A program made the translations under genes and the position numbers. From Minisyncoccota bacterium (lineage in GTDB: Bacteria > Patescibacteriota > Minisyncoccia > Phycocordibacterales > UBA1006), in NCBI GenBank assembly GCA_021734445.1, contig JAIPIY010000002.1:32786-96785 (forward strand): a stretch of DNA of 64,000 bases, in the 5' to 3' direction. Below, one piece after another: positions 39,681 to 49,937 of this stretch; position 1 is the stretch's first letter; each line of letters begins with the position of its first letter. The notes below the pieces were generated by a model that worked only from the letters and a program-made list of their open reading frames with translations, ran no database searches and was not told the DNA's origin.

Positions 39681-40115
39681 ATGAATCTCATGAAAACTTT
39701 GAAAACCATTTGGGTAATTACAGCAATCGTTTCATCTGTTGGTAGCTTGGTATTGATTGGATTCTCCATATCAAAGCCAGAACTTCATCTTGTACAGTTT
39801 CTTATAAATGTCATGTTCAAATTGATGGCAATCACCAGCATCCTGCCGGCAATTACCTTCTTTTCACAACTCGCTTACCAAGGTGATTTTTCACACATGT
39901 CATCATCTCTTGTATGCGAGGTTTCTATTAAAATCATATCATTAGTTATGGCAATCTCGTTTCTTGGAGTGTTTTCAATCGTGATACCAATTCCATTTTT
40001 GGCAAATATGCATGCATTTCCGGTCGGACAATTACCAATTCATAACATTGTAATTTCTGCCGTTGTTGGAATCATCGGAGTTTTGGCCATAAGAAAATCG
40101 GGGGCTGTCCTGTAG
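39681..40115 (+). CDS. Small polytopic membrane protein, hypothetical
   Basis: ATG at 39681 (MNLMKTLKTIW...); the track start at 39675 is TTG. Four hydrophobic helices. A strong promoter lies upstream and a terminator downstream. Confidence 0.5.
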   Translation: MNLMKTLKTIWVITAIVSSVGSLVLIGFSISKPELHLVQFLINVMFKLMAITSILPAITFFSQLAYQGDFSHMSSSLVCEVSIKIISLVMAISFLGVFSIVIPIPFLANMHAFPVGQLPIHNIVISAVVGIIGVLAIRKSGAVL

Positions 40116-40130
40116 GACAATCCCAGCAAC

Positions 40131-40169
40131 CAAAAAGGTTGACACACACATCGTGCGTCAACCTTTTTT
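40131..40169. terminator. Bidirectional intrinsic terminator
   Basis: AAAAAGGTTGAC...GTCAACCTTTTTT. Confidence 0.7.
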
Positions 40170-40183
40170 ATTTATTATACCTA

Positions 40184-40402
40184 TTATAAATTTTTACTAT
40201 TTTCAGTTGGTTCTTTTTTATTCAAAGCAAAAGCAGAATATGCCAACAATAATGCACAAATAAATGCGACTACAGAAACACCTACAACAATTTCTGTTTC
40301 AGCAACGAATACTTGCCACCCCAAAATCGCACGTATCAGATGTAATGTTGCTACAATACAGAAAATAGCACCAGTGATATAATTAAAAGCTTTTTGATTC
40401 AT
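40184..40402 (-). CDS. Small membrane protein (72 aa), hypothetical
   Basis: Two hydrophobic helices with terminator-adjacent placement. Weak support. Confidence 0.35.
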   Translation of the reverse strand: MNQKAFNYITGAIFCIVATLHLIRAILGWQVFVAETEIVVGVSVVAFICALLLAYSAFALNKKEPTENSKNL

Positions 40403-40484
40403 ATGTATATAATAGCATATATTTATTAATTACAATGTAATTATTTCTCTTTTTTACACAAGATACTAGGGATTACAACCAATA

Positions 40485-42308
40485 TTAATTCACAAAATGT
40501 TTTAATTTTTCTCTACCCAGAATATGAAGCTCAATGATTGCGCGCGTCAAAGCCACATACAAAATATCTTTTTGTATTCTTTTTCTTTCTTCGATATATT
40601 CTGCCAAGGCGCCATAGTGATACACAACTTCGAAACTTTCTTTGTGTATTCCTACAATAAATACAATATCAAATTCCACCCCCTGTGATTCAACCATAGT
40701 CAGTACATGAATATTTTTTGTATCTGCGAATTCTTTTCTAAAATCGATCAGATACGCATCATTCTTTGCCAGAATACCAATACTTCCCTTTTCATATGTT
40801 GGTATACATTCCTTGATATATGCTATTTCTTTAGGAATGGTATCTATAATTTTTTCTGTAACCACCGGACCCTGTTTTAACCCATCAGGGATTTCAATGC
40901 TATACCCCAATGTTTGAATGTAATCCAATATATTTTTTGTATTTCTATAGACTTTGCTTAGTCGGATATTTCGTTCCAGAGAAACATCTTCGTCAATGTC
41001 TTTCCAATTTTTTATGGTCCCCAATTTCACCTGCTGAGCTATATCCCCCACATATACAGAAGATTGTGTTTTTTCTTGTAAACAATTTTTGAAAATACGT
41101 AACTGTTCAGGAAGATAGTTTTGGAATTCATCTACAATCACCAAAGAATATGATATTAATGTATTTTCAGTTCTGTTGGTCAGTTTATCTTTTACCCATA
41201 CTTGATATTCTCGTTTTATTTCAAATTTTTTATACTTTTCAAAATATAATTTCAAAAGAATAGTCAAATCAAATCTATCCAATTTTTTCTCTTTTTTCTG
41301 TCGTGCAAATAGTTTACTATTCTGTGCTGAAAAATAATCTTCGTAATGAGAAAATAACGCGGTAAAATAATTCCTACTCCAAACAGAAGAAGTATTTTCT
41401 CGAAGTGCCTTTAATTTTTGATATTCATAGAGATCCTTTTCTTCGTCGTTATCTCCATATCTTTCGACATACGTATATCCCACCATATTCAGTACCAAAA
41501 ACGCCCATTCTGAAAATGTGGTTATGGTTACGTCTCGTATTCCCAATCCTGGTAACAGGGTCGAGAAATAATCTTTGGTTCCAGTATCTTGTACAAAGAT
41601 AACAATAGAACGTGGAGGATACAATTCTGCAGTATCTGGTGCCTGGGTCAGATACGCCACGCGGTGCAAAGCCAACGTTGTTTTTCCGGAACCTGCGGGT
41701 CCTGAAATAATCATCGGACCCTGGTGACTGGCACGAATAACCTGATCTTGTGCTTTTTCCATCTGAGCTACAATTTCAGGAAGAGCAAATTCTGATTTTT
41801 GTTTTGTAAAATATTCTTGATAGATCAATTCGCGGGGTTTGTTTTCAGATTCCAAAGAAAAGAAAAGTAATGTACCATCGACAATCATATATTGTTCTTT
41901 TTGTTTAATGGTTATTGTTTTTGTTTTCCCGCTGGGAAGTTTGTATGACACCTGACCCGGAGATTCAAAACGTATCGCCGCCACCGGCGCAACCCAAGAA
42001 TAAATGGACTGTTCAGAAAATTCATGTTTAGCAAAAAAGTATTCTTCCTCTTGCCCCTGTTCTGTTATGATTTTGCATTTTATAAAATACGGTGATCCAT
42101 CCAGATGATCCAGTTCAACTACCCGTTTTTGTGCATTTGCGCGCAAATCCATATATACCACCTGATCTGCTGGTGCCATTTTACTGATCTGGGATAAACT
42201 GGTATTTGCCAATGCAGTAACATTATGCAATCTTTGTTGAATTTTTTCTTTGATAAAACCAATATGTGATTTTACCTGTTCTATAAGCTCTTGTTTATAT
42301 TTTTCCAT
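40485..42308 (-). CDS. helD: HelD-like (DNA helicase IV-like) UvrD-family SF1 ATPase
   Basis: N-terminal domain with the SPYF...EEEYFFAKHEF signature (cf. the HelD PYFGRIDF...YYIGK block), Walker A IISGPAGSGKTTLALHRVAYL, Walker B/DExx LVIVDEFQNYLPEQL, and a UvrD_C-like C-terminus (ESQGVEFDIVFIVG). Confidence 0.75.
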   Translation of the reverse strand: MEKYKQELIEQVKSHIGFIKEKIQQRLHNVTALANTSLSQISKMAPADQVVYMDLRANAQKRVVELDHLDGSPYFIKCKIITEQGQEEEYFFAKHEFSEQSIYSWVAPVAAIRFESPGQVSYKLPSGKTKTITIKQKEQYMIVDGTLLFFSLESENKPRELIYQEYFTKQKSEFALPEIVAQMEKAQDQVIRASHQGPMIISGPAGSGKTTLALHRVAYLTQAPDTAELYPPRSIVIFVQDTGTKDYFSTLLPGLGIRDVTITTFSEWAFLVLNMVGYTYVERYGDNDEEKDLYEYQKLKALRENTSSVWSRNYFTALFSHYEDYFSAQNSKLFARQKKEKKLDRFDLTILLKLYFEKYKKFEIKREYQVWVKDKLTNRTENTLISYSLVIVDEFQNYLPEQLRIFKNCLQEKTQSSVYVGDIAQQVKLGTIKNWKDIDEDVSLERNIRLSKVYRNTKNILDYIQTLGYSIEIPDGLKQGPVVTEKIIDTIPKEIAYIKECIPTYEKGSIGILAKNDAYLIDFRKEFADTKNIHVLTMVESQGVEFDIVFIVGIHKESFEVVYHYGALAEYIEERKRIQKDILYVALTRAIIELHILGREKLKHFVN

Positions 42309-42322
42309 AATTTTGTATTAAA

Positions 42323-42345
42323 AAAACCGCTTTTCGCGGTTTACG
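42323..42345. terminator. Palindromic terminator-like hairpin
   Basis: AAAAAACCGCTTTTCGCGGTTT. Confidence 0.4.
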
Positions 42346-42529
42346 AGATCCTATTTGGGCCGATTTTATTTGAGTAATAATGTAATCCAAGTAACATAAA
42401 AAACATCTTATCAAAAGATGCTTTTTAATGCAAGGGGCAACAATCCGTCAGTAACAATTATATTTTAAAAAGTACCCTAATTAACCCTTAACCTTCTAGT
42501 CTAATATTGACACTATAATCCTAGAAAAA

Positions 42530-43288
42530 TTAATTATTTAAACCACCTAACACAAGATTGATCATCATATCATCTTGGTCTTCCCTTTCATCGTTTTGTT
42601 CTTCCCGCTTCATTCTTTGATAAATTTTTTCCGTTTCTTCTTTAAATTTTTCACCTTGTTCACCTTTTAGCGTTTTGGCGTGTTCTATTCGTCTACCTAA
42701 AATTTTCATATTGCGTCGTCGCCAAAATTTTCTATCCTCTCTGTCTAATTCTCTTTTTGTCATCCTATCATAGTCACCAACCAAAATTCCCATTTCACGA
42801 ACTTCACCATTCCCATAAGTTGCCTTATAAAGAAATCTGTTATTTTCGGCAATCTCACCAAAGGGTACAACAAGACAAAATTCTGCAACTTCGAGACCCG
42901 TTGCTTTTTTATTTACAAGAGGTATTTCACTTATTATATATAGAAAATATTTACGGAATTGAAACCACTCATCTTTTGTGATTTCTTCAGGTAAATTATT
43001 TTCAATTAAAAAACTTTGTAATTCTTCTCTGAAAGTTTCTAGGGCAATTTTAGCTATACCTTCTGTGTTATCAAAATTAATTGTTTTTAGAAAATCAATA
43101 GCATCTTTTCTATCAAGTTTAGTATGTAAAACCCAACAACAATACATATATAAAGTAGAATATCTCTTAGAAGGAATTTGATCTAATTCTAACTTTTTCC
43201 TGATTTCACTAAGAATATAAATTACCTGTTTCTCTGAACGTATTAGAGATTTTAATTCTTTTGTGAGATTATTTAGTTTTTGATTCAT
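42530..43288 (-). CDS. Hypothetical protein with a charged C-terminus, on a low-GC segment
   Basis: Strongly AT-rich codon usage compared with its neighbours. C-terminal KR/E-rich region. No family recognised. Confidence 0.5.
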   Translation of the reverse strand: MNQKLNNLTKELKSLIRSEKQVIYILSEIRKKLELDQIPSKRYSTLYMYCCWVLHTKLDRKDAIDFLKTINFDNTEGIAKIALETFREELQSFLIENNLPEEITKDEWFQFRKYFLYIISEIPLVNKKATGLEVAEFCLVVPFGEIAENNRFLYKATYGNGEVREMGILVGDYDRMTKRELDREDRKFWRRRNMKILGRRIEHAKTLKGEQGEKFKEETEKIYQRMKREEQNDEREDQDDMMINLVLGGLNN

Positions 43289-43360
43289 GCAATGATTTTA
43301 ATATAAATTATTAAGTTTTATACTTATTATATTAACTACTGATGATAATTCTACTTAGAG

Positions 43361-44257
43361 TTAAGCCGAAACACAGCCATTACATGATGCAGGCATATTT
43401 AGAGTCTCGAACTTTCCTGTTGTATCAGCTGATTCATTATCACTTGTAGAATATATTTCAAAAGTGTATTTTGTATTTGGTTCAAGCTTAAACTCCAAAC
43501 TATGCTCTCTAGTATTTTCCGAAGGAGATTTTAGGGATTTTATTATTTGACTAGAGTCAGTTTTGTATATTTTTATCCTACTATCTGACTTGTAATTTGT
43601 TTCCCAGCTAAGTGTACACGTATCAGCCAGACAACCCTGTCTTGTTACTGTTATTTTCAGAGGGTTTGATTTTGTTGTAAAATTAAAATTTTGATCCTTC
43701 CATGCATTATTAGCAATAGCAGTGATTGTACCAATATAATATAAATCACTTTCCAAACCATCAATATCTACATAGTGTATTGTTCCAACACCACGCTTGG
43801 AAAAATAACTCTTACCTTCAAATAATATCTTTGACTCACTCGGAATATTTGTTTTCCAGTTTACTCTTACTGAATTTGATTCTTCATCAATTGAAACATC
43901 AGATATAGACAAATCAACGGTAGGAGAAATTACAACTATTGGAGTAGCGGGTGGGGTATAAAGAGATACAGCAGTTATTGTGGGTGTCGATTTTATAGGG
44001 ATAGAGGTTTTCTTTTCTTCAAAATTAACCTTAGGAGTAATTTCCATTTTATCTTCTTGTAAACTTCTTTCTTTTGATGATTCTTCTTCAACTGGTATAA
44101 CCAGAGTGGTTTGTTGTACTTGTTCTTTTGTTGAAACCTTTTTAGCCCATGGCCAATGCCATGTAAATGGATTCCACCATGCAGCAAAAGTAATTTGAGG
44201 TATTACTAAAACAATAAACAGGAACATAAAAATAGTTTTTTTCAAATGTTTAGTCAT
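43361..44257 (-). CDS. Secreted protein with fibronectin-III-like beta domains, on a low-GC segment
   Basis: Signal peptide (MTKHLKKTIFMFLFIVLVIPQITFA), a W-rich segment, a Pro/Thr linker, then two beta-rich modules (VRVNWKTN..., CTLSWETNYKS...TKYTFEIYSTS) reminiscent of FN3. Confidence 0.5.
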   Translation of the reverse strand: MTKHLKKTIFMFLFIVLVIPQITFAAWWNPFTWHWPWAKKVSTKEQVQQTTLVIPVEEESSKERSLQEDKMEITPKVNFEEKKTSIPIKSTPTITAVSLYTPPATPIVVISPTVDLSISDVSIDEESNSVRVNWKTNIPSESKILFEGKSYFSKRGVGTIHYVDIDGLESDLYYIGTITAIANNAWKDQNFNFTTKSNPLKITVTRQGCLADTCTLSWETNYKSDSRIKIYKTDSSQIIKSLKSPSENTREHSLEFKLEPNTKYTFEIYSTSDNESADTTGKFETLNMPASCNGCVSA

Positions 44258-44388
44258 ATATTTTTTCTCGAGATAATCTCAATATAATAATATTAACATA
44301 TTAAGAATTATACAACAATTATTATCTCTATCTGCCAGCTCTCTCTTTGTGGTCAGGAATAATTCAAAGTAGTTTTAATTTGCTCGTG

Positions 44389-44460
44389 TGACCCCACGGA
44401 GGATCGAACTCCGATTCTGAGAATGAGAATCTCATGTCCTAGCCATTAGACGACAGGGCC
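44389..44460 (-). tRNA. tRNA-Glu (anticodon CTC)
   Basis: Manual cloverleaf on the minus strand: acceptor GGCCCTG/TGGGGTC (with G-U pairs), D arm GTCT-AATGGCTA-GGAC, anticodon stem TGAGA/TCTCA with loop TTCTCAT, T arm CGGAG-TTCGATC-CTCCG. No encoded CCA. Confidence 0.75.
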
Positions 44461-44583
44461 TGAATAACATACCCAGTGTACGTATTTTTATGGTCTTTCG
44501 CAAGTATACTATATTATTATTTTCTTCTTTTTATTCTTTATTCCCTCTTTACTTTTTACTTCTTTCTCTTTACTATAAACCCT

Positions 44584-45045
44584 ATGAAATTACACATCCT
44601 GGCGATTGGCAAGAAAAAATCAGACTACGACGCTATGATTGCCGAATACCAAAAACGCATCGTGTCCCCTTTTTCCCTATCGTTGGAAATTATAGAACCA
44701 TTGGGAATTGATAACCCCACACAATGCAGAACAAAAGAATCTGAAAAACTGGCAACCAAACTACAACCCGGAGATTATATAATTGCATTAGATGAAACTG
44801 GTAAAGATTTTACCACTGTTGCATTTTCACATCATATCGAAAAACAAATGCATACGGGTATCAAAAGAATGGTATGCATTATCGGCGGTGCATATGGCAT
44901 TGATGCACAATTGCAATCACAGGCACATTTGGTACTACGATTGGGTTCTTTTACGTTACCCCACGAACTGGCACGTTTGGTTTTAGCAGAACAATTGTAT
45001 CGTGTTACCAATTTACTGGGTGGTGGAAAATATCATCATGTATAA
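44584..45045 (+). CDS. rlmH: 23S rRNA (pseudouridine1915-N3)-methyltransferase RlmH (SPOUT)
   Basis: MKLHILAIGKK...DETGK...CIIGGAYGID...RLGSFTLPHELARLVLAEQLYR matches the YbeA/RlmH family. The ATG at 44584 replaces the track's low-complexity upstream extension from 44476. Confidence 0.9.
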   Translation: MKLHILAIGKKKSDYDAMIAEYQKRIVSPFSLSLEIIEPLGIDNPTQCRTKESEKLATKLQPGDYIIALDETGKDFTTVAFSHHIEKQMHTGIKRMVCIIGGAYGIDAQLQSQAHLVLRLGSFTLPHELARLVLAEQLYRVTNLLGGGKYHHV

Positions 45046-45048
45046 AAA

Positions 45049-45082
45049 AGCCCCCACCACTGATTAGTGACGGGGGCTTTTC
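45049..45082 (+). terminator. Intrinsic terminator
   Basis: AGCCCCC...GGGGGCT stem followed by TTTT. Confidence 0.6.
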
Positions 45083-45242
45083 TGGCCCAGAATATCCTTA
45101 TGACGGAATTCTTAATCGAAAAAGGAAATTCTTTCCCAAAGATTTTTTCTGACCAGAAAATTTGGCATGCATCCGTGCCAGGATGCGAAAATGTTGTCTT
45201 GTTGATACATTAGACGGTAATTTCTTCATGTGCGTAGTTTGA

Positions 45243-46466
45243 ATGTTTAAAGCCATCATACAATATTTCTTATACAACAGTCAACCATCCAAGCAACCCT
45301 ATGAAACCATCCCGAATCATAGTATGATGGACAACATGTTACGATTCATTACCCCTATACTATTTTTATTCACACTGATCAGTATTATCGCTCTTGGTTT
45401 TTTTATTTCATTAGTTATTCTTCGTTTTTTTGGGATTATCTCAAATCCATATTTATTTCGCGGATTAGCATTGTTGGGTATATTAATGCCGATTATTATG
45501 GCAGGGACCATGACGCTGGGTGGTGTTATATATCATCCCATAAACAATTTTTTTAATACCCTATCTGGTGGGTGGCTCACTTTTGTGAATTTCCTCTTTA
45601 TTGCATCGATTGGATTATCGTTGGTGTGGTTAATGGTGAATAAATTAGGTTACACAATTCCAGAGCAAATTATTGGGTATGGTATTTTATTTATTGGGAT
45701 TGGTGTCAGCATATTTTCTTTTTATAATGCTTCACGGTATGTTGTTCGCCATATTCCATTTTCTGAACATAATCTACCAGAATCTTTGTACGGTAAAAAA
45801 ATTGCCTTGGTGTCAGATATTCATCTGGGTATGATTCGTAAAAAATCTTTTTTGGAACGTATTACCAAAAGCATCATGGCAGAACAACCAGATATGATAT
45901 TGATCCCCGGAGATTTAATCGACGGACCTAAAATACCCTATGCTGATTTTCTATCTCCATTAGGTACATTATCTGCAGCAGATGGTATTTATTTCACCCC
46001 TGGAAACCACGAACAATATAACAAAGAAAATGCATTATTCTACGCATCTATACCATCCAATGTCACTACATTGATTGATGCAACCCATATTATTCCTGAA
46101 TTAGGTATTCAAATTGTAGGAATTGATTATGCGCGCGAATCTGTAGAAGAAACCAAAAACAGAATCACTCGTTCTGGATATACATCAGAAATGCCCAGCA
46201 TCACCCTGTTACACGACCCGAAAAATATGCAGGCAATGTCCGATGCAGGAATGTCATTTGTAGTTTCAGGCCATACACATGGTGGACAATTCTTTCCTGC
46301 CAGCATTTTGGTAAAACTTATTTATAAACAATACACACGTGGTTTTGCAGTAACAGGAACCATGCCTAGTTTTACAACAATAGGTGTAGGAACAGCCTTG
46401 TCGCCAGCCCGATTAGAATCGCGTCCAGAAATTATTATCTTCACGATAGAAAAACCAATGCAGTAA
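45243..46466 (+). CDS. Membrane-bound calcineurin-like metallophosphoesterase
   Basis: N-terminal TM helices, then VSDIHLG, PGDLIDG, GNHE and SGHTHGGQ motifs. The start codon is uncertain (internal Met candidates exist). Confidence 0.8.
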   Translation: MFKAIIQYFLYNSQPSKQPYETIPNHSMMDNMLRFITPILFLFTLISIIALGFFISLVILRFFGIISNPYLFRGLALLGILMPIIMAGTMTLGGVIYHPINNFFNTLSGGWLTFVNFLFIASIGLSLVWLMVNKLGYTIPEQIIGYGILFIGIGVSIFSFYNASRYVVRHIPFSEHNLPESLYGKKIALVSDIHLGMIRKKSFLERITKSIMAEQPDMILIPGDLIDGPKIPYADFLSPLGTLSAADGIYFTPGNHEQYNKENALFYASIPSNVTTLIDATHIIPELGIQIVGIDYARESVEETKNRITRSGYTSEMPSITLLHDPKNMQAMSDAGMSFVVSGHTHGGQFFPASILVKLIYKQYTRGFAVTGTMPSFTTIGVGTALSPARLESRPEIIIFTIEKPMQ

Positions 46467-46469
46467 CCT

Positions 46470-47093
46470 ATGTTCGATGATTCTTTTCTTCATATTCTCG
46501 ATCAAGCCGAAGACCAAGCAAAAAATTTGGTATGGTATTCCCCTTCGCAAATAGAACGTGGAGATCATCTGAATGACGATCGGACAAAGGGTATGCGCCC
46601 ATGGAGTATCTCCCGAAAAACCGGTGAACTATTACACAATCTGGTGATTACAGAAAAACCAAAAATTATTGTCGAATTGGGAACCAGTATTGGATATTCT
46701 ACATTATGGTTGGCACATGCCGTACAACAACATAACGGACATATTCATACACTGGAAAGAATTCCAGAAAAAACGGCTATCGCAAAAGAACATATCCAGA
46801 ATACGAGTCTGCAAGATTCGGTTAGTTTTTATAATGGAGAGATTATCGATATATTACGTGAACAAAAATTTCAACCTATTGATATGTTATTTATGGATGC
46901 AGATAAAAGCAACTATGTTATGTATTTAGAATTCTTGCGACCGTATTTGTCACCCTATGCGATTATTATTATCGATAACGTACTGTCACATCCAGAAAAA
47001 ACAGAACATGCTGTGAATTGGTGCAAAGAACATATCGCACAAGAATCAAACATATTCCCCACCGAAAGCGGTATCTTTTTTTGTAAAACATAA
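46470..47093 (+). CDS. Class I SAM-dependent O-methyltransferase (family 3, caffeoyl-CoA OMT-like)
   Basis: IIVELGTSIGYSTLWLA (motif I), LFMDADKSNY, IIIDNVL. Start overlaps the previous stop. Confidence 0.8.
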   Translation: MFDDSFLHILDQAEDQAKNLVWYSPSQIERGDHLNDDRTKGMRPWSISRKTGELLHNLVITEKPKIIVELGTSIGYSTLWLAHAVQQHNGHIHTLERIPEKTAIAKEHIQNTSLQDSVSFYNGEIIDILREQKFQPIDMLFMDADKSNYVMYLEFLRPYLSPYAIIIIDNVLSHPEKTEHAVNWCKEHIAQESNIFPTESGIFFCKT

Positions 47094-47122
47094 AACCCGC
47101 CAAATGGCGGGTTTTATGTTTT
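47093..47122. terminator. Bidirectional intrinsic terminator
   Basis: AAAACCCGCC-AAAT-GGCGGGTTTT between the OMT gene and the convergent atpC. Confidence 0.75.
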
Positions 47123-47134
47123 ATTTCATCTACA

Positions 47135-47557
47135 TTATTTTTTCCACTTTTTCGCAACATTCATACGAGATAATTCGCGATCCATAATAGCTTGGAATTT
47201 TGCAAAATCAACGTCAGCGACATTGTCTTTGCGTTCCATAGCCTCTTTGGCACGTTGGTATGCTTGTTCTGCTGCTTCACTATCAATATTTTCTGCATTC
47301 TCTGCAACATCCGCCAAAAGAACAATAGTATTATCAGGACGAATTTCCACAGTACCACCTGCAACATAGTGTGGTAATACTATTGAATCTTTTACGATTC
47401 GCAATTCTCCTGGTTTTACCACACTGATCATAGGAATATGAAATGGTAATACTGTAATTTCTCCTGATTGTGTAGGAATAGTAACCCGTTCAATAATATC
47501 ATCATATACGACTCGATCAGGGGTTGCTATTTTTAAGTGAATAGTATGATTGTTCAT
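47135..47557 (-). CDS. atpC: ATP synthase F1 epsilon subunit
   Basis: An N-terminal beta-sandwich and C-terminal helices align with E. coli epsilon. Confidence 0.9.
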   Translation of the reverse strand: MNNHTIHLKIATPDRVVYDDIIERVTIPTQSGEITVLPFHIPMISVVKPGELRIVKDSIVLPHYVAGGTVEIRPDNTIVLLADVAENAENIDSEAAEQAYQRAKEAMERKDNVADVDFAKFQAIMDRELSRMNVAKKWKK

Positions 47558-47596
47558 AAAGTAAGAAACATTTTTGGTAAAACCAAAAAATTGTAA

Positions 47597-49006
<1,410 letters not shown>

Positions 49007-49022
49007 CTATTAATAATATGCT

Positions 49023-49928
49023 CTATCCCAATGCGTTTGCTCCTGCGGAAATTTCTGCAATTTCTTGGGTGATCCCCGCCTGACGCGCCTTGTTAAATGA
49101 TAATTTCAAAGATTCTTGTAATTCCCCTGCATTCTCTGTTGCGTTTTGCATGGCAACCATTCGCGAACTGTGTTCGGATGCATAAGCATCCAAGAACACC
49201 TGATACATGACCCCCGTTAATAATTCTGGAATAACTGATTCCATTACTTGTTCTTCCGAAGGTTCAAATGTATATAATTTTTTAGATTCTCGTAAAGCTT
49301 CTTTTTTCTCGTGAGTAAGAGATTCACCCATAAGCATAAGATACAAAGATTCAGGCTGAATTGGTAATAGTGGTTTTATCTTTGCTTCGTAGGTTAATGG
49401 CTTAAGAAACTGTGTATAGGCAACAAAAACTTTTTGATATGATTCATCTTTCATGAACAGATCTTTCATTACATATACCAATTGAGAAGCATCTTCAATT
49501 CGGGCAAAATCTTTTATTTCTGTAAAAGAAGCTACTATAACAAGATTATTTCTTTTTGCAATTTTCTCAGCTTGTTTTCCTACGGTAACACATTCGATAA
49601 TTTCTGTTGGGTTGCTTTTTACATATTCTGAAACCCGACGAGAAACATTCACATTGTATCCCCCGCACAACCCCTTGTTCGAAGCGATAATAATACACAA
49701 TGTTTTTCCCGATACCCGTCGTGTCAGCATAGGATGTTCAACATTTCTCTTTTCAGACAAATTTACCAAAATCTCCAAAGCTCCCAATGCATAATCACGT
49801 GAAGATAAAGATGCTTCGACAGCGCGTCGCATTTTACTTGCGGCAACCATCTGCATAGTCTTGGTAATTTTTTTAATATTACCAACAGCTTTTATTTTTG
49901 ATTTAATTGCTTTTCCTTGTAATGCCAT
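49023..49928 (-). CDS. atpG: ATP synthase F1 gamma subunit
   Basis: Conserved N- and C-terminal helices (ITKTMQMVAASKMRRA ... ITQEIAEI). Confidence 0.95.
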   Translation of the reverse strand: MALQGKAIKSKIKAVGNIKKITKTMQMVAASKMRRAVEASLSSRDYALGALEILVNLSEKRNVEHPMLTRRVSGKTLCIIIASNKGLCGGYNVNVSRRVSEYVKSNPTEIIECVTVGKQAEKIAKRNNLVIVASFTEIKDFARIEDASQLVYVMKDLFMKDESYQKVFVAYTQFLKPLTYEAKIKPLLPIQPESLYLMLMGESLTHEKKEALRESKKLYTFEPSEEQVMESVIPELLTGVMYQVFLDAYASEHSSRMVAMQNATENAGELQESLKLSFNKARQAGITQEIAEISAGANALG

Positions 49929-49937
49929 ATATACAGA

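Noticed and set aside
45086-45242. GCATCC-GTGCCA-GGATGC hairpin upstream of the metallophosphoesterase gene as a regulatory RNA
   Set aside because: Single short hairpin without flanking signals. Insufficient evidence.
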